A stretch of 64,000 nucleotides of DNA from the NCBI GenBank assembly GCA_030645735.1, contig JAUSNP010000001.1:7502-71501 (forward strand), given 5' to 3'. Shown here piece after piece: positions 49,883 to 59,233 of this stretch. This stretch comes from Candidatus Moraniibacteriota bacterium (GTDB taxonomy: Bacteria > Patescibacteriota > Minisyncoccia > Moranbacterales > UBA2206). The first letter of the stretch is position 1, and each line of letters begins with the position of its first letter. The notes below the pieces were generated by a model. It had not been told where the DNA came from, made no database searches, and saw nothing but the letters and a program-made list of their open reading frames with translations. A program made the position numbers and the translations under genes.

Positions 49883-50533
49883 ATGAAAGTATTTCTAGAT
49901 TTTGATGATGTTTTGTTTAATACGAAAAAATTTGTAGTTGATTACAAAAAGATCTTCAGATTGCATGGCATAAGTGAAGATGTCTACAAAAAATATTATT
50001 ATGATTATTTGCCAAATAAAAAAAATAGCAAATTAAAAAAATATATATCAGAGCCACATATTGATAAGATAGGCAAAGAGGAGGGAATTGATGTCAGCGC
50101 GCTTAAACAGGACATCGAGGTTTTTTTAGGCACAGCAAGTAAATATGTTTTTTCTGATGTGTATGATTTTCTGGGTTCTTTCAAAAAGAATGACAGCTAT
50201 TTAATATCATACTCAAAAAATAAGTTTTTGGAATCTAAGATAAAAAATTCTGGCGTGGCGAAGTATTTCAAGAAAGTTGTTATGACGGACTCTTTGAAGT
50301 CATTGCCAGTTAGGGATATAATGCGTGAGGATAATATAAAAAAAGATGAGCAGGTGTTTTTTTTGGATGACAGGATAGAGCAGATAGATGATGTAAAAAA
50401 ACATTACAAATGGATAAAAACAGTTTTTATAAATCGTAAAGAAGGCCGCTATCAGAACATCGCCGATGACATGTGTGACTTTGAGTGTAAAAATCTAAAA
50501 CAGGCGAAAAAAATTATCCTAAAAAATTCCTAA
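49883..50533 (+). CDS. HAD-like hydrolase (weak)
   Basis: N-terminal FLDFDDVLF (DxDx[VT]) motif. Confidence 0.4.
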   Translation: MKVFLDFDDVLFNTKKFVVDYKKIFRLHGISEDVYKKYYYDYLPNKKNSKLKKYISEPHIDKIGKEEGIDVSALKQDIEVFLGTASKYVFSDVYDFLGSFKKNDSYLISYSKNKFLESKIKNSGVAKYFKKVVMTDSLKSLPVRDIMREDNIKKDEQVFFLDDRIEQIDDVKKHYKWIKTVFINRKEGRYQNIADDMCDFECKNLKQAKKIILKNS

Positions 50534-50539
50534 AATTCA

Positions 50540-52003
50540 ATGGAAAATAAAAACCAAAATTCGAAGCCTATTGAAGATAAATTTTTTACCCTTTCGGAAT
50601 TTCGCCATGAGGTGGGAATTCCACTAGTTTTGGCTAAGAAGCTGGTTATTTGGGGTGTAGTCGAGGCGGAAAAGGCTGTGGATGGCACTTTGCGGATTGC
50701 GGGCTCGGAGGTGGCTGTGGCGATGGATCTGTTTGAAAAACCTTGGATCAAGGCCTATTATTTCATTCGTGCTTTGGGTCCTGGACTCATCACAGGCGCT
50801 TCAGACGATGATCCATCTGGGATTGGCACATATTCATCAGTTGGCGCGAAATTCGGTTTGGCCATTTTGTGGATGGCAGCTTGGCTTTTGCCGATGATGA
50901 TGGCCATTCAAGAAGTTTGCGCGCGCATTGGAATTGTGACTAACCGCGGACTAGCTGGAGTTTTGCAAAAACACTATAAGAAAAAAATCGTAGGCGTAGC
51001 AGTGGTGCTTTTGATCGTGGCCAACATTGCCAACATTGGAGCGGACCTTGGGGCGATGGCTGCCTCATTGCAAATGTTGATGCCTATCAATTTTTATGTC
51101 GCCGCGATATTTTTTGCAGCACTGACAATTGTTTTGGAAATTTTTGTCGGCTATCATCTGTATGTGAAAGTTTTGAAATGGCTGACGGTTTCAGTGCTGG
51201 CCTATGTGATAACCGGATTTATTATTCAGCCGGAATGGAAAGAAATTTTTGGTTCAGTTTTTGTGCCACAAATATCATTCAGCAAGGAATATCTCTTTGC
51301 GATGATTGCCGTTTTCGGCACCAGTATCACGCCCTATCTTTTTTTCTGGCAGACTTCGGAAGAAGTTGAAGAAAATAAATTGCATAAAAAATTGCACAAA
51401 TTGTTAGGTAAGAAAGAAGACAATCTAAAAGTTAGAATCGGGAGAATGCGCACAGATGTTGGCACGGGAATGATTTTAGCTAACATCGTTTTTTTCTTCA
51501 TTATTTTGACTACTGCCCAAGTGCTTTTCAAGAATGGCATCACTGACATTGGGTCAGCTGAACAAGCAGCGCTGGCCTTGCGACCGCTGGCAGGTGACTA
51601 TGCCTTTTTGCTTTTTGCCTTCGGCATTATCGGTACGGGACTATTAGCAGTGCCAGTTTTGGCTGGATCAGGCGCCTATGCCTTGTCTGAAATTATGAAT
51701 TGGCGCGAAGGTTTGGAAGAAAAATTTTCACGCGCCAAAGGATTCTATTTGGTCATCACTGTTTCAATTTTAGTTGGCTTGGCTTTGAATTTTTTCCATA
51801 TCAACCCTATCACAGCGCTATATTATTCAGCCTTTTTAAATGGTATAATTGCTTTGCCGCTCTTGATTATTATAATGATTGTAGGGGATGACAAGAAAAT
51901 AATGGGGCGAGAAACCAATCCAATGTGGGTGCGCATATTTGGCTGGCTCTCAATTTTGTTTATGGTGGGCGCAGTAATTGCAACAGGAATTTTGTATTTG
52001 TAA
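50540..52003 (+). CDS. NRAMP-related divalent metal transporter with a ~70-aa N-terminal extension
   Basis: GLITGASDDDPSGIGTY and 11 TM segments. Confidence 0.7.
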   Translation: MENKNQNSKPIEDKFFTLSEFRHEVGIPLVLAKKLVIWGVVEAEKAVDGTLRIAGSEVAVAMDLFEKPWIKAYYFIRALGPGLITGASDDDPSGIGTYSSVGAKFGLAILWMAAWLLPMMMAIQEVCARIGIVTNRGLAGVLQKHYKKKIVGVAVVLLIVANIANIGADLGAMAASLQMLMPINFYVAAIFFAALTIVLEIFVGYHLYVKVLKWLTVSVLAYVITGFIIQPEWKEIFGSVFVPQISFSKEYLFAMIAVFGTSITPYLFFWQTSEEVEENKLHKKLHKLLGKKEDNLKVRIGRMRTDVGTGMILANIVFFFIILTTAQVLFKNGITDIGSAEQAALALRPLAGDYAFLLFAFGIIGTGLLAVPVLAGSGAYALSEIMNWREGLEEKFSRAKGFYLVITVSILVGLALNFFHINPITALYYSAFLNGIIALPLLIIIMIVGDDKKIMGRETNPMWVRIFGWLSILFMVGAVIATGILYL

Positions 52004-52065
52004 ACTGTAAAAGATAAGAAGTAAATATTTTTTTATCACTATAATTAATTTTAAAAAATAAATTT

Positions 52066-53895
52066 ATGTGTGGAATTGTTGGATACATTGGGAAACAAAA
52101 GGCCTACCCTGTGCTTATGGACGGTTTGCATCGTTTGGAATATCGTGGCTATGACAGTGCTGGCGTGGCGATTGTGGATGAAAAGAATAATCTTGTCATC
52201 AAGTCAGTCGGTCGCGTGGCCAATTTGGAACAAAAGATTGGAGAGAAGGAAATTTTAGGAACTATTGGAATCGCGCACACGCGTTGGGCGACTCATGGCA
52301 AGCCAAGCGACAGAAATTCTCATCCGCATCAAGATTGCACTGGCAACATCAGCTTGGTGCACAATGGCATCGTGGAAAATTATTTGGATCTTAAGAAAAA
52401 TTTGGAAAAGAAAGGTCACAAATTCAAATCAGAAACTGATAGTGAAGTGATTGCGCATCAGATTGAAGAATTTAATAAAAAACTGGGTTATGAAGAATCA
52501 GTTTTTGAAACTTTGAAAATGATTCACGGAACCTATGGCTTGGCGATTGTAAACAAGCAGGAGCCGGACAAAATCATTGTAGCCAGAAGCGGTAGCCCCT
52601 TGGTGTTGGGAATTGGGGATGGTGAATATATCATTGCTTCAGATGTTTCAGCCATCATTCGACACACTCAGCAAGTTGTTTATCTGGAAGATGGTGAAGT
52701 GGCTATTATTACTAAAGATAATTATGCAGTGAAGACGATTAAAAATAAATCAAAAGATAAGGAAATTACTAATTTGGATTGGTCTTTCGACAAGGCTGAA
52801 AAACAAGGTTATGCCCATTTCATGCTGAAAGAAATTTTTGAACAACCTGCAGCCATCGAAGACGCCATTCGTGGACGACTCATCGTGGAAGAGGGTATGG
52901 CGAGATTGGGCGGTTTGCGAACTGTGGCCAAAGAATTGAAAAAGATTGAAAAAATAATTATTGTTTCTTGCGGAACTTCCTATCATGCCGGACTCATTGG
53001 GGAATATATGTTGGAAGAATATGCGGGCATTCCAGTGGAAGTGGAATATGCTTCGGAATTTCGTTATCGCAAACCCATTATCAATTCCAAAACAGCCGTG
53101 ATTGCGATTTCGCAATCCGGTGAAACGGCTGACACTTTGGCGGCCATTCGTGAAGCCAAAAACAAAGGCGCGCTGACATTGGGTATTGTCAACACTGTTG
53201 GTTCAACTATTGCGCGCGAAACTGATGCAGGCGTGTATAATCACGCGGGTCCAGAGATTGGCGTGGCCTCGACCAAGGCTTTCACTTCGCAATTGAGCAT
53301 TTTTGTTTTATTGACCTTGATGCTGGGTCGGCAAAAAGATATGTCTTTGGTAACTGGGCAACGCATAGCCAGAGAACTTAAAAAAATCCCTAGGCTCATT
53401 GAGGTTATTTTGAAACAAGACAAAGAAATTAAAAGAGTGGCTAAGAAATATGCCAAATATACCGACTTCTTGTATTTAGGGCGAAAATATAATTTCCCAA
53501 TTGCGATTGAGGGTGCTTTGAAAATAAAAGAAATTTCTTATGTGCACGCCGAAGGCTATCCAACAGGTGAAATGAAACACGGTCCAATTGCGCTCATAGA
53601 CAAAGATTTCCCTTCAATTTTCATTGCCACCAAAGACAGTGTCTATGAAAAAACAATTTCTGGTATGCAAGAAATCAAGGCGCGTGGTGGCAAAATCATT
53701 GCCATCGCCACGGAAGGCGACAAGGAAATCGCCAAAATCGCTGATGATGTGATCTATATTCCTAAAACACTGGAGATGTTGACCCCACTCCTATCAGTGG
53801 TGCCATTGCAACTCTTTGCCTATTTTGTCGGGGTCGCTAAAGGCCTCGATGTTGACAAGCCGAGAAATTTAGCCAAATCAGTTACTGTTGAATAG
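52066..53895 (+). CDS. glmS: Glutamine--fructose-6-phosphate aminotransferase
   Basis: MCGIVGYIG N-terminal nucleophile; two SIS domains. Confidence 0.95.
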   Translation: MCGIVGYIGKQKAYPVLMDGLHRLEYRGYDSAGVAIVDEKNNLVIKSVGRVANLEQKIGEKEILGTIGIAHTRWATHGKPSDRNSHPHQDCTGNISLVHNGIVENYLDLKKNLEKKGHKFKSETDSEVIAHQIEEFNKKLGYEESVFETLKMIHGTYGLAIVNKQEPDKIIVARSGSPLVLGIGDGEYIIASDVSAIIRHTQQVVYLEDGEVAIITKDNYAVKTIKNKSKDKEITNLDWSFDKAEKQGYAHFMLKEIFEQPAAIEDAIRGRLIVEEGMARLGGLRTVAKELKKIEKIIIVSCGTSYHAGLIGEYMLEEYAGIPVEVEYASEFRYRKPIINSKTAVIAISQSGETADTLAAIREAKNKGALTLGIVNTVGSTIARETDAGVYNHAGPEIGVASTKAFTSQLSIFVLLTLMLGRQKDMSLVTGQRIARELKKIPRLIEVILKQDKEIKRVAKKYAKYTDFLYLGRKYNFPIAIEGALKIKEISYVHAEGYPTGEMKHGPIALIDKDFPSIFIATKDSVYEKTISGMQEIKARGGKIIAIATEGDKEIAKIADDVIYIPKTLEMLTPLLSVVPLQLFAYFVGVAKGLDVDKPRNLAKSVTVE

Positions 53896-53923
53896 GCGCA
53901 ATACTTTATTTAAGCCAAAAAAA

Positions 53924-53952
53924 GTACCATCCATTGACAAAACTGATTTTTA
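53924..53952 (+). promoter_or_regulatory. Consensus sigma70 promoter TTGACA-17-TATACT
   Basis: Exact -35 hexamer, 17-nt spacer, -10 one mismatch from TATAAT; about 150 nt upstream of the ORF at 54100. Confidence 0.65.
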
Positions 53953-54099
53953 GGTGTATACTATAAAATCAGTTCTTTATATTTAAAGTTGCACTTCAAA
54001 ACGGAATCTGGAATATAGCAGAATGGATTTTTTTCAAGAATTTTTTTTGCGATGGCGAAATAATTTCAAGTAGTCAAAGAACTAGCAAGGGAGAAAGAA

Positions 54100-54582
54100 A
54101 TGAATATTCTTGGCAAGAAAACTCCAGTCAAAAAAACTGCTCCAAAAAATATGTATGAGGCAAGCTTAGAGGTCAAATGTAGTATTTTTGAGCACATTGA
54201 TCAAGATCTCATGTTTGCGCCATTTGACTCGACCGTCAAATTGGTGAGTCAACCTTTGCTTATTGCAGTAACGAATTTGGAGCTTGTTACTGCGATAGAA
54301 AAGTGTCAACTGGCTGGCATTAGCCTAGGGCAGTTGGCATGGTTCCTGTTTATTAGCCAAAGGCGCGAGGAACATTTCATGACGCCTGTAGTTGTAGATA
54401 AGGTCCAAGAAGAAGACGGGGAGCGCTCTTTCGTTGATAAAAACGGAAGGAAGCCTCTACTGCGTATGGTGGACTTTAACTGGTGCTCCAGCTACTGGAG
54501 CTTGAGGGTGACGTCTATTGCTGACCCGTTCAAATACGGTGGGTGTAACAGCCGAGTCATCTCCCAGGAGCCTGTAGCTTGA
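54100..54582 (+). CDS. Hypothetical protein (160 aa), locally higher GC, no recognised domain
   Basis: ORF downstream of a consensus promoter and followed by a strong terminator. Confidence 0.45.
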   Translation: MNILGKKTPVKKTAPKNMYEASLEVKCSIFEHIDQDLMFAPFDSTVKLVSQPLLIAVTNLELVTAIEKCQLAGISLGQLAWFLFISQRREEHFMTPVVVDKVQEEDGERSFVDKNGRKPLLRMVDFNWCSSYWSLRVTSIADPFKYGGCNSRVISQEPVA

Positions 54583-54604
54583 ATTCTAGGCTTTTGGAAG
54601 CTTT

Positions 54605-54652
54605 GGCCCTTTGGAAAATTTCTTCGGAAATATTTCAAAGGGCCATTTTTTA
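54605..54652 (+). terminator. Rho-independent terminator with a nested hairpin
   Basis: ggccctttg...gaaaatttcttcggaaatatttc...caaagggcc + attttttat. Confidence 0.75.
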
Positions 54653-54719
54653 TGCAAAAATTTTGATTTAATTAAGTCTATTTATTAAGATAGTCGATTT
54701 TGTATTTGGGAATGTTGGG

Positions 54720-55616
54720 GTGGGGGAATGGGAGAAAGTTGAGGCGCCTGCGGCAACTGAAAAAATATCAATACTATCCATAGATCCTTCTACAAATGAA
54801 TCGGAAGCTCCTTTGGTGACTATTATTTCCGAGAGAGATGATGATTTCATTTCTTTGACCGATATGGCTAAAAGTAAAAATGCGGAATTTCCAGCAGATG
54901 TGATTAAGAACTGGCTAAAAACTAGATTTACAATAGATTTTATGGGTTTGTGGGAAAAAGTAAACAATGTTAATTTTAAACCCATCGAATTCGATGGGTT
55001 AAGAAAAGGTGCTGGGTTGAATAGTTTCTCTTTGACGCCTAGGCGATGGATAGAAACTGTTGGGGCAGTGGGAATTGTGAACAAGGCTGGTCGTTATGGA
55101 GGGGGCACATTTGCACATAAGGACATTGCTTTTGAATTCGCAATGTGGATTTCGCCCGAATTCAGATTGTATTTAATTAAAGAATTCCAGCGCTTGAAGG
55201 CTGATGAAAATGAAAAGTTGATTTTAGGTTGGGATGCAAGAAGAATGTTGACCAAAATAAATTATAAAATTCATACAGATGCAATAAAAGAGAATATTGT
55301 GGTGCCATCAAAATTATCCAATAAAGAAGCAAATATTGTTTATGCCAATGAAGCTGATGTTTTGAATGTAGCATTGCTTGGGATGACAGCCAAAGAATGG
55401 AAAAGCAAGAATAAAAATAAAGATGGAAATTTAAGAGATTATGCAGATGTGACGCAATTAGTTTGCTTGGCTAATTTAGAGAATCTCAATGCGGAATATA
55501 TCCGAGTCGGGTTGCCACAAAAAGAGCGCCTATTGAAGCTCAACGAAAGCGCAATTTCACAGATGAAGTCCTTAGTAGGGAATGCCAGTATTAAAAAATT
55601 AGAGAATAAAAAGTAA
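54720..55616 (+). CDS. KilA-N domain protein of the widespread KilA-N + C-terminal DUF family (phage/mobile-element associated); GTG start
   Basis: FISLTDMAKSKN...NWLKTRFTIDFMGLWE...GGTFAHKDIAFEFAMWISPEFRLYLIKEFQRLK...YANEADVLNVALLGMTAKEW. Confidence 0.7.
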   Translation: MGEWEKVEAPAATEKISILSIDPSTNESEAPLVTIISERDDDFISLTDMAKSKNAEFPADVIKNWLKTRFTIDFMGLWEKVNNVNFKPIEFDGLRKGAGLNSFSLTPRRWIETVGAVGIVNKAGRYGGGTFAHKDIAFEFAMWISPEFRLYLIKEFQRLKADENEKLILGWDARRMLTKINYKIHTDAIKENIVVPSKLSNKEANIVYANEADVLNVALLGMTAKEWKSKNKNKDGNLRDYADVTQLVCLANLENLNAEYIRVGLPQKERLLKLNESAISQMKSLVGNASIKKLENKK

Positions 55617-55725
55617 AAATCTTGTTTTTTTTGGCGGACTTGCGCCAGAATGACATTTACAGTAAAATTTAGACAAAGCTTGAGTCTAAAAATAATTCGC
55701 CAGTTGGGCGGACAAAAATAAAAAA

Positions 55726-56913
55726 ATGAATAAAACAAAAATTTTGGTGATTGGCGGAGTGGTTTTGCTTTTCACAATTGGAGTTGGATATTTCTTGATG
55801 CAGAATTCAAATAAGGAGAGCACAGTGCCTAGCTCAAATGCAATTGTGGGCGACGCTTCTGCGGTGCCAGGGGCTGGCGCAACTTGCAGCAAGCAATATG
55901 AAAATATTTTAGCGCAATATCAACAAAATTTTGACGAATGTCGCTTGAAAGTTGCCAAAGCTACCGATTGCGCCAAGGATCCAAATGCAATATCCAGCGC
56001 CAAACAAAAGAATATTGTAGTGGTGTTTGATTCTTCGGGTAGTATGAACCAAATAGTGGGTGGCAAGAAAAAAATTGATGTGGCTAAAGAAGCCGTATCT
56101 GGTTTTTTGCGAGATATCGACAAAAATACCAATGTATCAATAGTTTTATATGGGCACAAAGGTGGTAACACGCAAGCAAGCAAGAATGTTTCTTGCGCTG
56201 GCATTGACGAAGTGTATTATATCGGGCCAGTGAATGCTGACATCGCCATTTCTAAATTGGCTGGAGCCAAGCCGACAGGTTGGACGCCAATTGCCGCCTC
56301 TTTGCAAAAAGCGAATGATATTTTGAAAAACTATCCAGCTGACAAAAATGACAACATGGTATTGCTAGTTAGTGATGGGGAAGAAACTTGCGGTGGTGAT
56401 CCAGTGGCTAAGGCCAAAGAACTTTTTGGAACTAGCGCAAAAATTGTGACTAATGTGATTGGCTTTGATGTGACAGGACCAGCGGAGCAAAAATTGCAAG
56501 CCATTGCTAGCACGGGTGGAAAATATTTCTCTGTGCACAATGAAGAAGAATTCAAAGCAGCCTTCAAAGAAAATAAGAACTTCTTGGTGGGATTTGATTG
56601 CTATATGGAACAAAGCGGGGTGTGGTTGGACAATCAGCTGAACACGGAATTTATGCGAAATGATTGTATGAATAAATTGGACATGGAAGAGAAGCATGAG
56701 CTTATTCTCAGCGCTAATCTTTTGAATGATGGTGTGACGGCAGATTGCAAAGAGTTTATTTTGTCGGAATATCAAAAAAGATATGATCAAATCAAAAGTG
56801 AGATAGAGCAAAGATATTCCGCTAACAAGAGCGATACAGAGGCGCAAAAGAAAACCCTAGAAGACACGCGCAACAATCTGGACGCTGGCGAAGGCGCTTT
56901 GATTGCAGAATAA
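55726..56913 (+). CDS. Membrane-anchored von Willebrand factor A domain protein
   Basis: N-terminal TM; VVVFDSSGSM (MIDAS DxSxS) and the VWA fold. Confidence 0.7.
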   Translation: MNKTKILVIGGVVLLFTIGVGYFLMQNSNKESTVPSSNAIVGDASAVPGAGATCSKQYENILAQYQQNFDECRLKVAKATDCAKDPNAISSAKQKNIVVVFDSSGSMNQIVGGKKKIDVAKEAVSGFLRDIDKNTNVSIVLYGHKGGNTQASKNVSCAGIDEVYYIGPVNADIAISKLAGAKPTGWTPIAASLQKANDILKNYPADKNDNMVLLVSDGEETCGGDPVAKAKELFGTSAKIVTNVIGFDVTGPAEQKLQAIASTGGKYFSVHNEEEFKAAFKENKNFLVGFDCYMEQSGVWLDNQLNTEFMRNDCMNKLDMEEKHELILSANLLNDGVTADCKEFILSEYQKRYDQIKSEIEQRYSANKSDTEAQKKTLEDTRNNLDAGEGALIAE

Positions 56914-56958
56914 AAATTAAACAGGCTAATTAATTTTAATTATTTAAATAAAAAAACA

Positions 56959-57345
56959 ATGAAGAAAAAACTATTCTTCCTGATGGTTATTTCAGGAATG
57001 ATCGTCCTACAGGGGTGCTCAGGTCAAACAGGCGTTACAACTAAAGATGGAAGCGTCAATGTTGGAAAAGATGGCAGCGTGGGTGTGCAAACTCCAGCTG
57101 GTAGTGTGAATGTTGGAAAAGATGGCAGTGTAAATGTAAATGACGGCGGAAAGAATGCGGTGAATGTGGGAGCTGACGGAACAGTTGATGTGAAAACACC
57201 AGATGCAACAGTGAAAGCCAATCCAAATGGATCAGCTACTGTTGACACAAAAGATGCAGCTGTGAAAACAGACGCTTCTGGCGCAACAAGTGTGAAAGCT
57301 GGCGGACAAAACATCAAGGTAGATGGCGGAAATGTTAGTTTCTAG
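56959..57345 (+). CDS. Small repetitive lipoprotein (lipobox LQGCSG; (K)DGSVNVG repeats)
   Basis: Signal peptide plus Cys; 5-6 copies of the GSVNVGKDG-type repeat. Confidence 0.5.
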   Translation: MKKKLFFLMVISGMIVLQGCSGQTGVTTKDGSVNVGKDGSVGVQTPAGSVNVGKDGSVNVNDGGKNAVNVGADGTVDVKTPDATVKANPNGSATVDTKDAAVKTDASGATSVKAGGQNIKVDGGNVSF

Positions 57346-57366
57346 TTTGTAAACTTACTTGAATAG

Positions 57367-57407
57367 AAAATCTCCGAAGGCTCAACCTTCGGAGATTTTG
57401 TTTTTTA
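57367..57407 (+). terminator. Strong rho-independent terminator
   Basis: aaaatctccgaagg-ctcaa-ccttcggagatttt + gtttttt. Confidence 0.85.
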
Positions 57408-57413
57408 TTAGCT

Positions 57414-57441
57414 TGCTAAAACAGTGAATTATCAGTATACT
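57414..57441 (+). promoter_or_regulatory. Sigma70-like promoter TTGCTA-16-TATACT
   Basis: Upstream of rlmN. Confidence 0.5.
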
Positions 57442-57448
57442 GACCATT

Positions 57449-58468
57449 ATGAATTTACAAAAACTAGAAGCGGTTTTGCAGGCGCAAAACCAGCCAAAAT
57501 TTAGAATAGCCCAAATCAAAAAAGCCATCTTTCAAGAGGGAATTGCAAGTTTTGCTGAAATTTCGACACTTTCAAAGGATTTGCGAGAAGTGTTGGAAAA
57601 AGAAATGCCAATTTTGTCTTTTGAGGTGCAACAAGTGCTGACTTCCAAGGATGGTCAATCGATGAAAGCGCTGTTGAAATTGCGCGATGGCAATTTGATT
57701 GAGGCGGTTTTGATTGCGCCCAAGCCGGGAATTTGGTCAGCTTGTATTTCATGCCAAGTTGGTTGCGCTATGGGTTGCAAGTTTTGCGCCACTGGCAAGA
57801 TTGGGCTCAAACGAAATCTGACCGCTGAAGAAATCACAGATCAAATTTTATTTTGGATTCAGTATCTAAAAACTACTAACCATAAACTATCAACCATCGT
57901 CTATATGGGTATGGGTGAACCATTTTTAAACTGGGAAGAAGTGCGCCAGAGTCTGCATGACCTGACTGATCCGACTTTATTTGGAATTGGTTCGCGTTCA
58001 ATTTCCGTTTCGACTTCCGGCATTCCAGAAGGCATTGAACAGTTGGCTGAGGAATTTCCGCAGGTCAATTTGGCGTTGTCTTTGCATTTTGGTAGCAATG
58101 AAAAAAGAAGCGCGGCTATGCCAGTCAATCGCAAAAATGATCTAGGCGCTTTGAAGGTGGCGTTGCAAAAATATTTCGAAAAAACCAAGCGAAAAGTCTT
58201 TTTAGAATATGTAATGTTGGCTGGAGTAAATGATGATAGCAAAGATGCGGACAATTTGATTGATTTTGTGCGCTCAATTGGCAAGCTGCAACTTTTGCAT
58301 GTAAATCTTATTCGTTACAATGCAACTGACTCAGAGTTCAAATCTTCTTCCAAGGAGCGTACTGTCATGTTTCGGGATTATCTAGAAAAAAATCGCATTG
58401 AAGTCACCATTCGCAAAAGTCTTGGCGAAGAAATTCAAGGTGCGTGTGGTCAACTGGCTGGAAAATAG
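57449..58468 (+). CDS. rlmN: 23S rRNA (adenine2503-C2)-methyltransferase RlmN (radical SAM)
   Basis: CxxxCxxC (CAMGCKFCATG) plus the conserved N-terminal Cys. Confidence 0.9.
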   Translation: MNLQKLEAVLQAQNQPKFRIAQIKKAIFQEGIASFAEISTLSKDLREVLEKEMPILSFEVQQVLTSKDGQSMKALLKLRDGNLIEAVLIAPKPGIWSACISCQVGCAMGCKFCATGKIGLKRNLTAEEITDQILFWIQYLKTTNHKLSTIVYMGMGEPFLNWEEVRQSLHDLTDPTLFGIGSRSISVSTSGIPEGIEQLAEEFPQVNLALSLHFGSNEKRSAAMPVNRKNDLGALKVALQKYFEKTKRKVFLEYVMLAGVNDDSKDADNLIDFVRSIGKLQLLHVNLIRYNATDSEFKSSSKERTVMFRDYLEKNRIEVTIRKSLGEEIQGACGQLAGK

Positions 58469-58520
58469 ATTTTTGGATTGCAACAATATTGTTTTTTGAA
58501 CAAGGCTGAAGAATTTTTTC

Positions 58521-58549
58521 TTGAGTCTGTTTTATTTTTGTGCTAAAAT
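58521..58549 (+). promoter_or_regulatory. Sigma70-like promoter TTGAGT-17-TAAAAT
   Basis: Followed by RBS AGGAGG at 58606-58611 and the ATG at 58619. Confidence 0.5.
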
Positions 58550-58618
58550 AGAATAATTGTGATAAATAATTAACACAAAAATAAAAACTTTTACATCAGA
58601 TGAATTTTAGGAGGAGTG

Positions 58619-59167
58619 ATGCAAACTAGGCTTTTGGATTTTTTGGATGAGAACAGCAAAAAGTTGCTCGGGATAGCTGAAGAAAAGGCTACGCCTGAAA
58701 GCAAAAGAAAAATTCAGGTGGATGAAAACGATCGGCTGATAATCAAACTGAATAGTGATGAAAATGACAGAACAATTTTTTCAGATGGTTTTATTAGTGT
58801 TTATTCATCGCTTGGCCTAAGCCCGAAGGAGCGGAGGATTATCAATGAGAATCCAGCTGTTGTTAGAGCGGGTTTTCTGGAGATAATTTCCTTCCACTTG
58901 GAAAGAGTCAATATCAGGACTTCAAAGAAGCCGATTGGTTTTGATTTGGCAGTTGTTGATTCAGAAGAAGTGCAAAAAATGTTAAGTGAAATGATAAAAT
59001 TGGGAAAACGCGGGTATCATTTTTTTAGCAGCTTTCTCATTCCGCTGTATTTGCGCATCAAATTGACCACTGATGACAAAAATCGTCTCATTGACGATTT
59101 GGATAACTTGAAGTTGAGTTTTGCAAGTCTTTTGTGTGTATGCGTTGGTCGTAAGACCAAAGGCTGA
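58619..59167 (+). CDS. Hypothetical protein (about 182 aa)
   Basis: ORF with a good RBS; no family recognised. Confidence 0.4.
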   Translation: MQTRLLDFLDENSKKLLGIAEEKATPESKRKIQVDENDRLIIKLNSDENDRTIFSDGFISVYSSLGLSPKERRIINENPAVVRAGFLEIISFHLERVNIRTSKKPIGFDLAVVDSEEVQKMLSEMIKLGKRGYHFFSSFLIPLYLRIKLTTDDKNRLIDDLDNLKLSFASLLCVCVGRKTKG

Positions 59168-59189
59168 TTATTTTATCAACAATCAACGG

Positions 59190-59231
59190 AAAAGGGGCTT
59201 CCAAACTTGGCAGCCCCTTTCAACTTTTTTC
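59190..59231. terminator. Bidirectional terminator between convergent genes
   Basis: aaaaggggct-tccaaacttggc-agcccctttc + aactttttt. Confidence 0.75.
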
Positions 59232-59233
59232 GA

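Noticed and set aside
56365-56847. 160-aa minus-strand ORF antisense to the VWA gene
   Set aside because: The VWA gene has a clear MIDAS motif; the antisense frame shows no features
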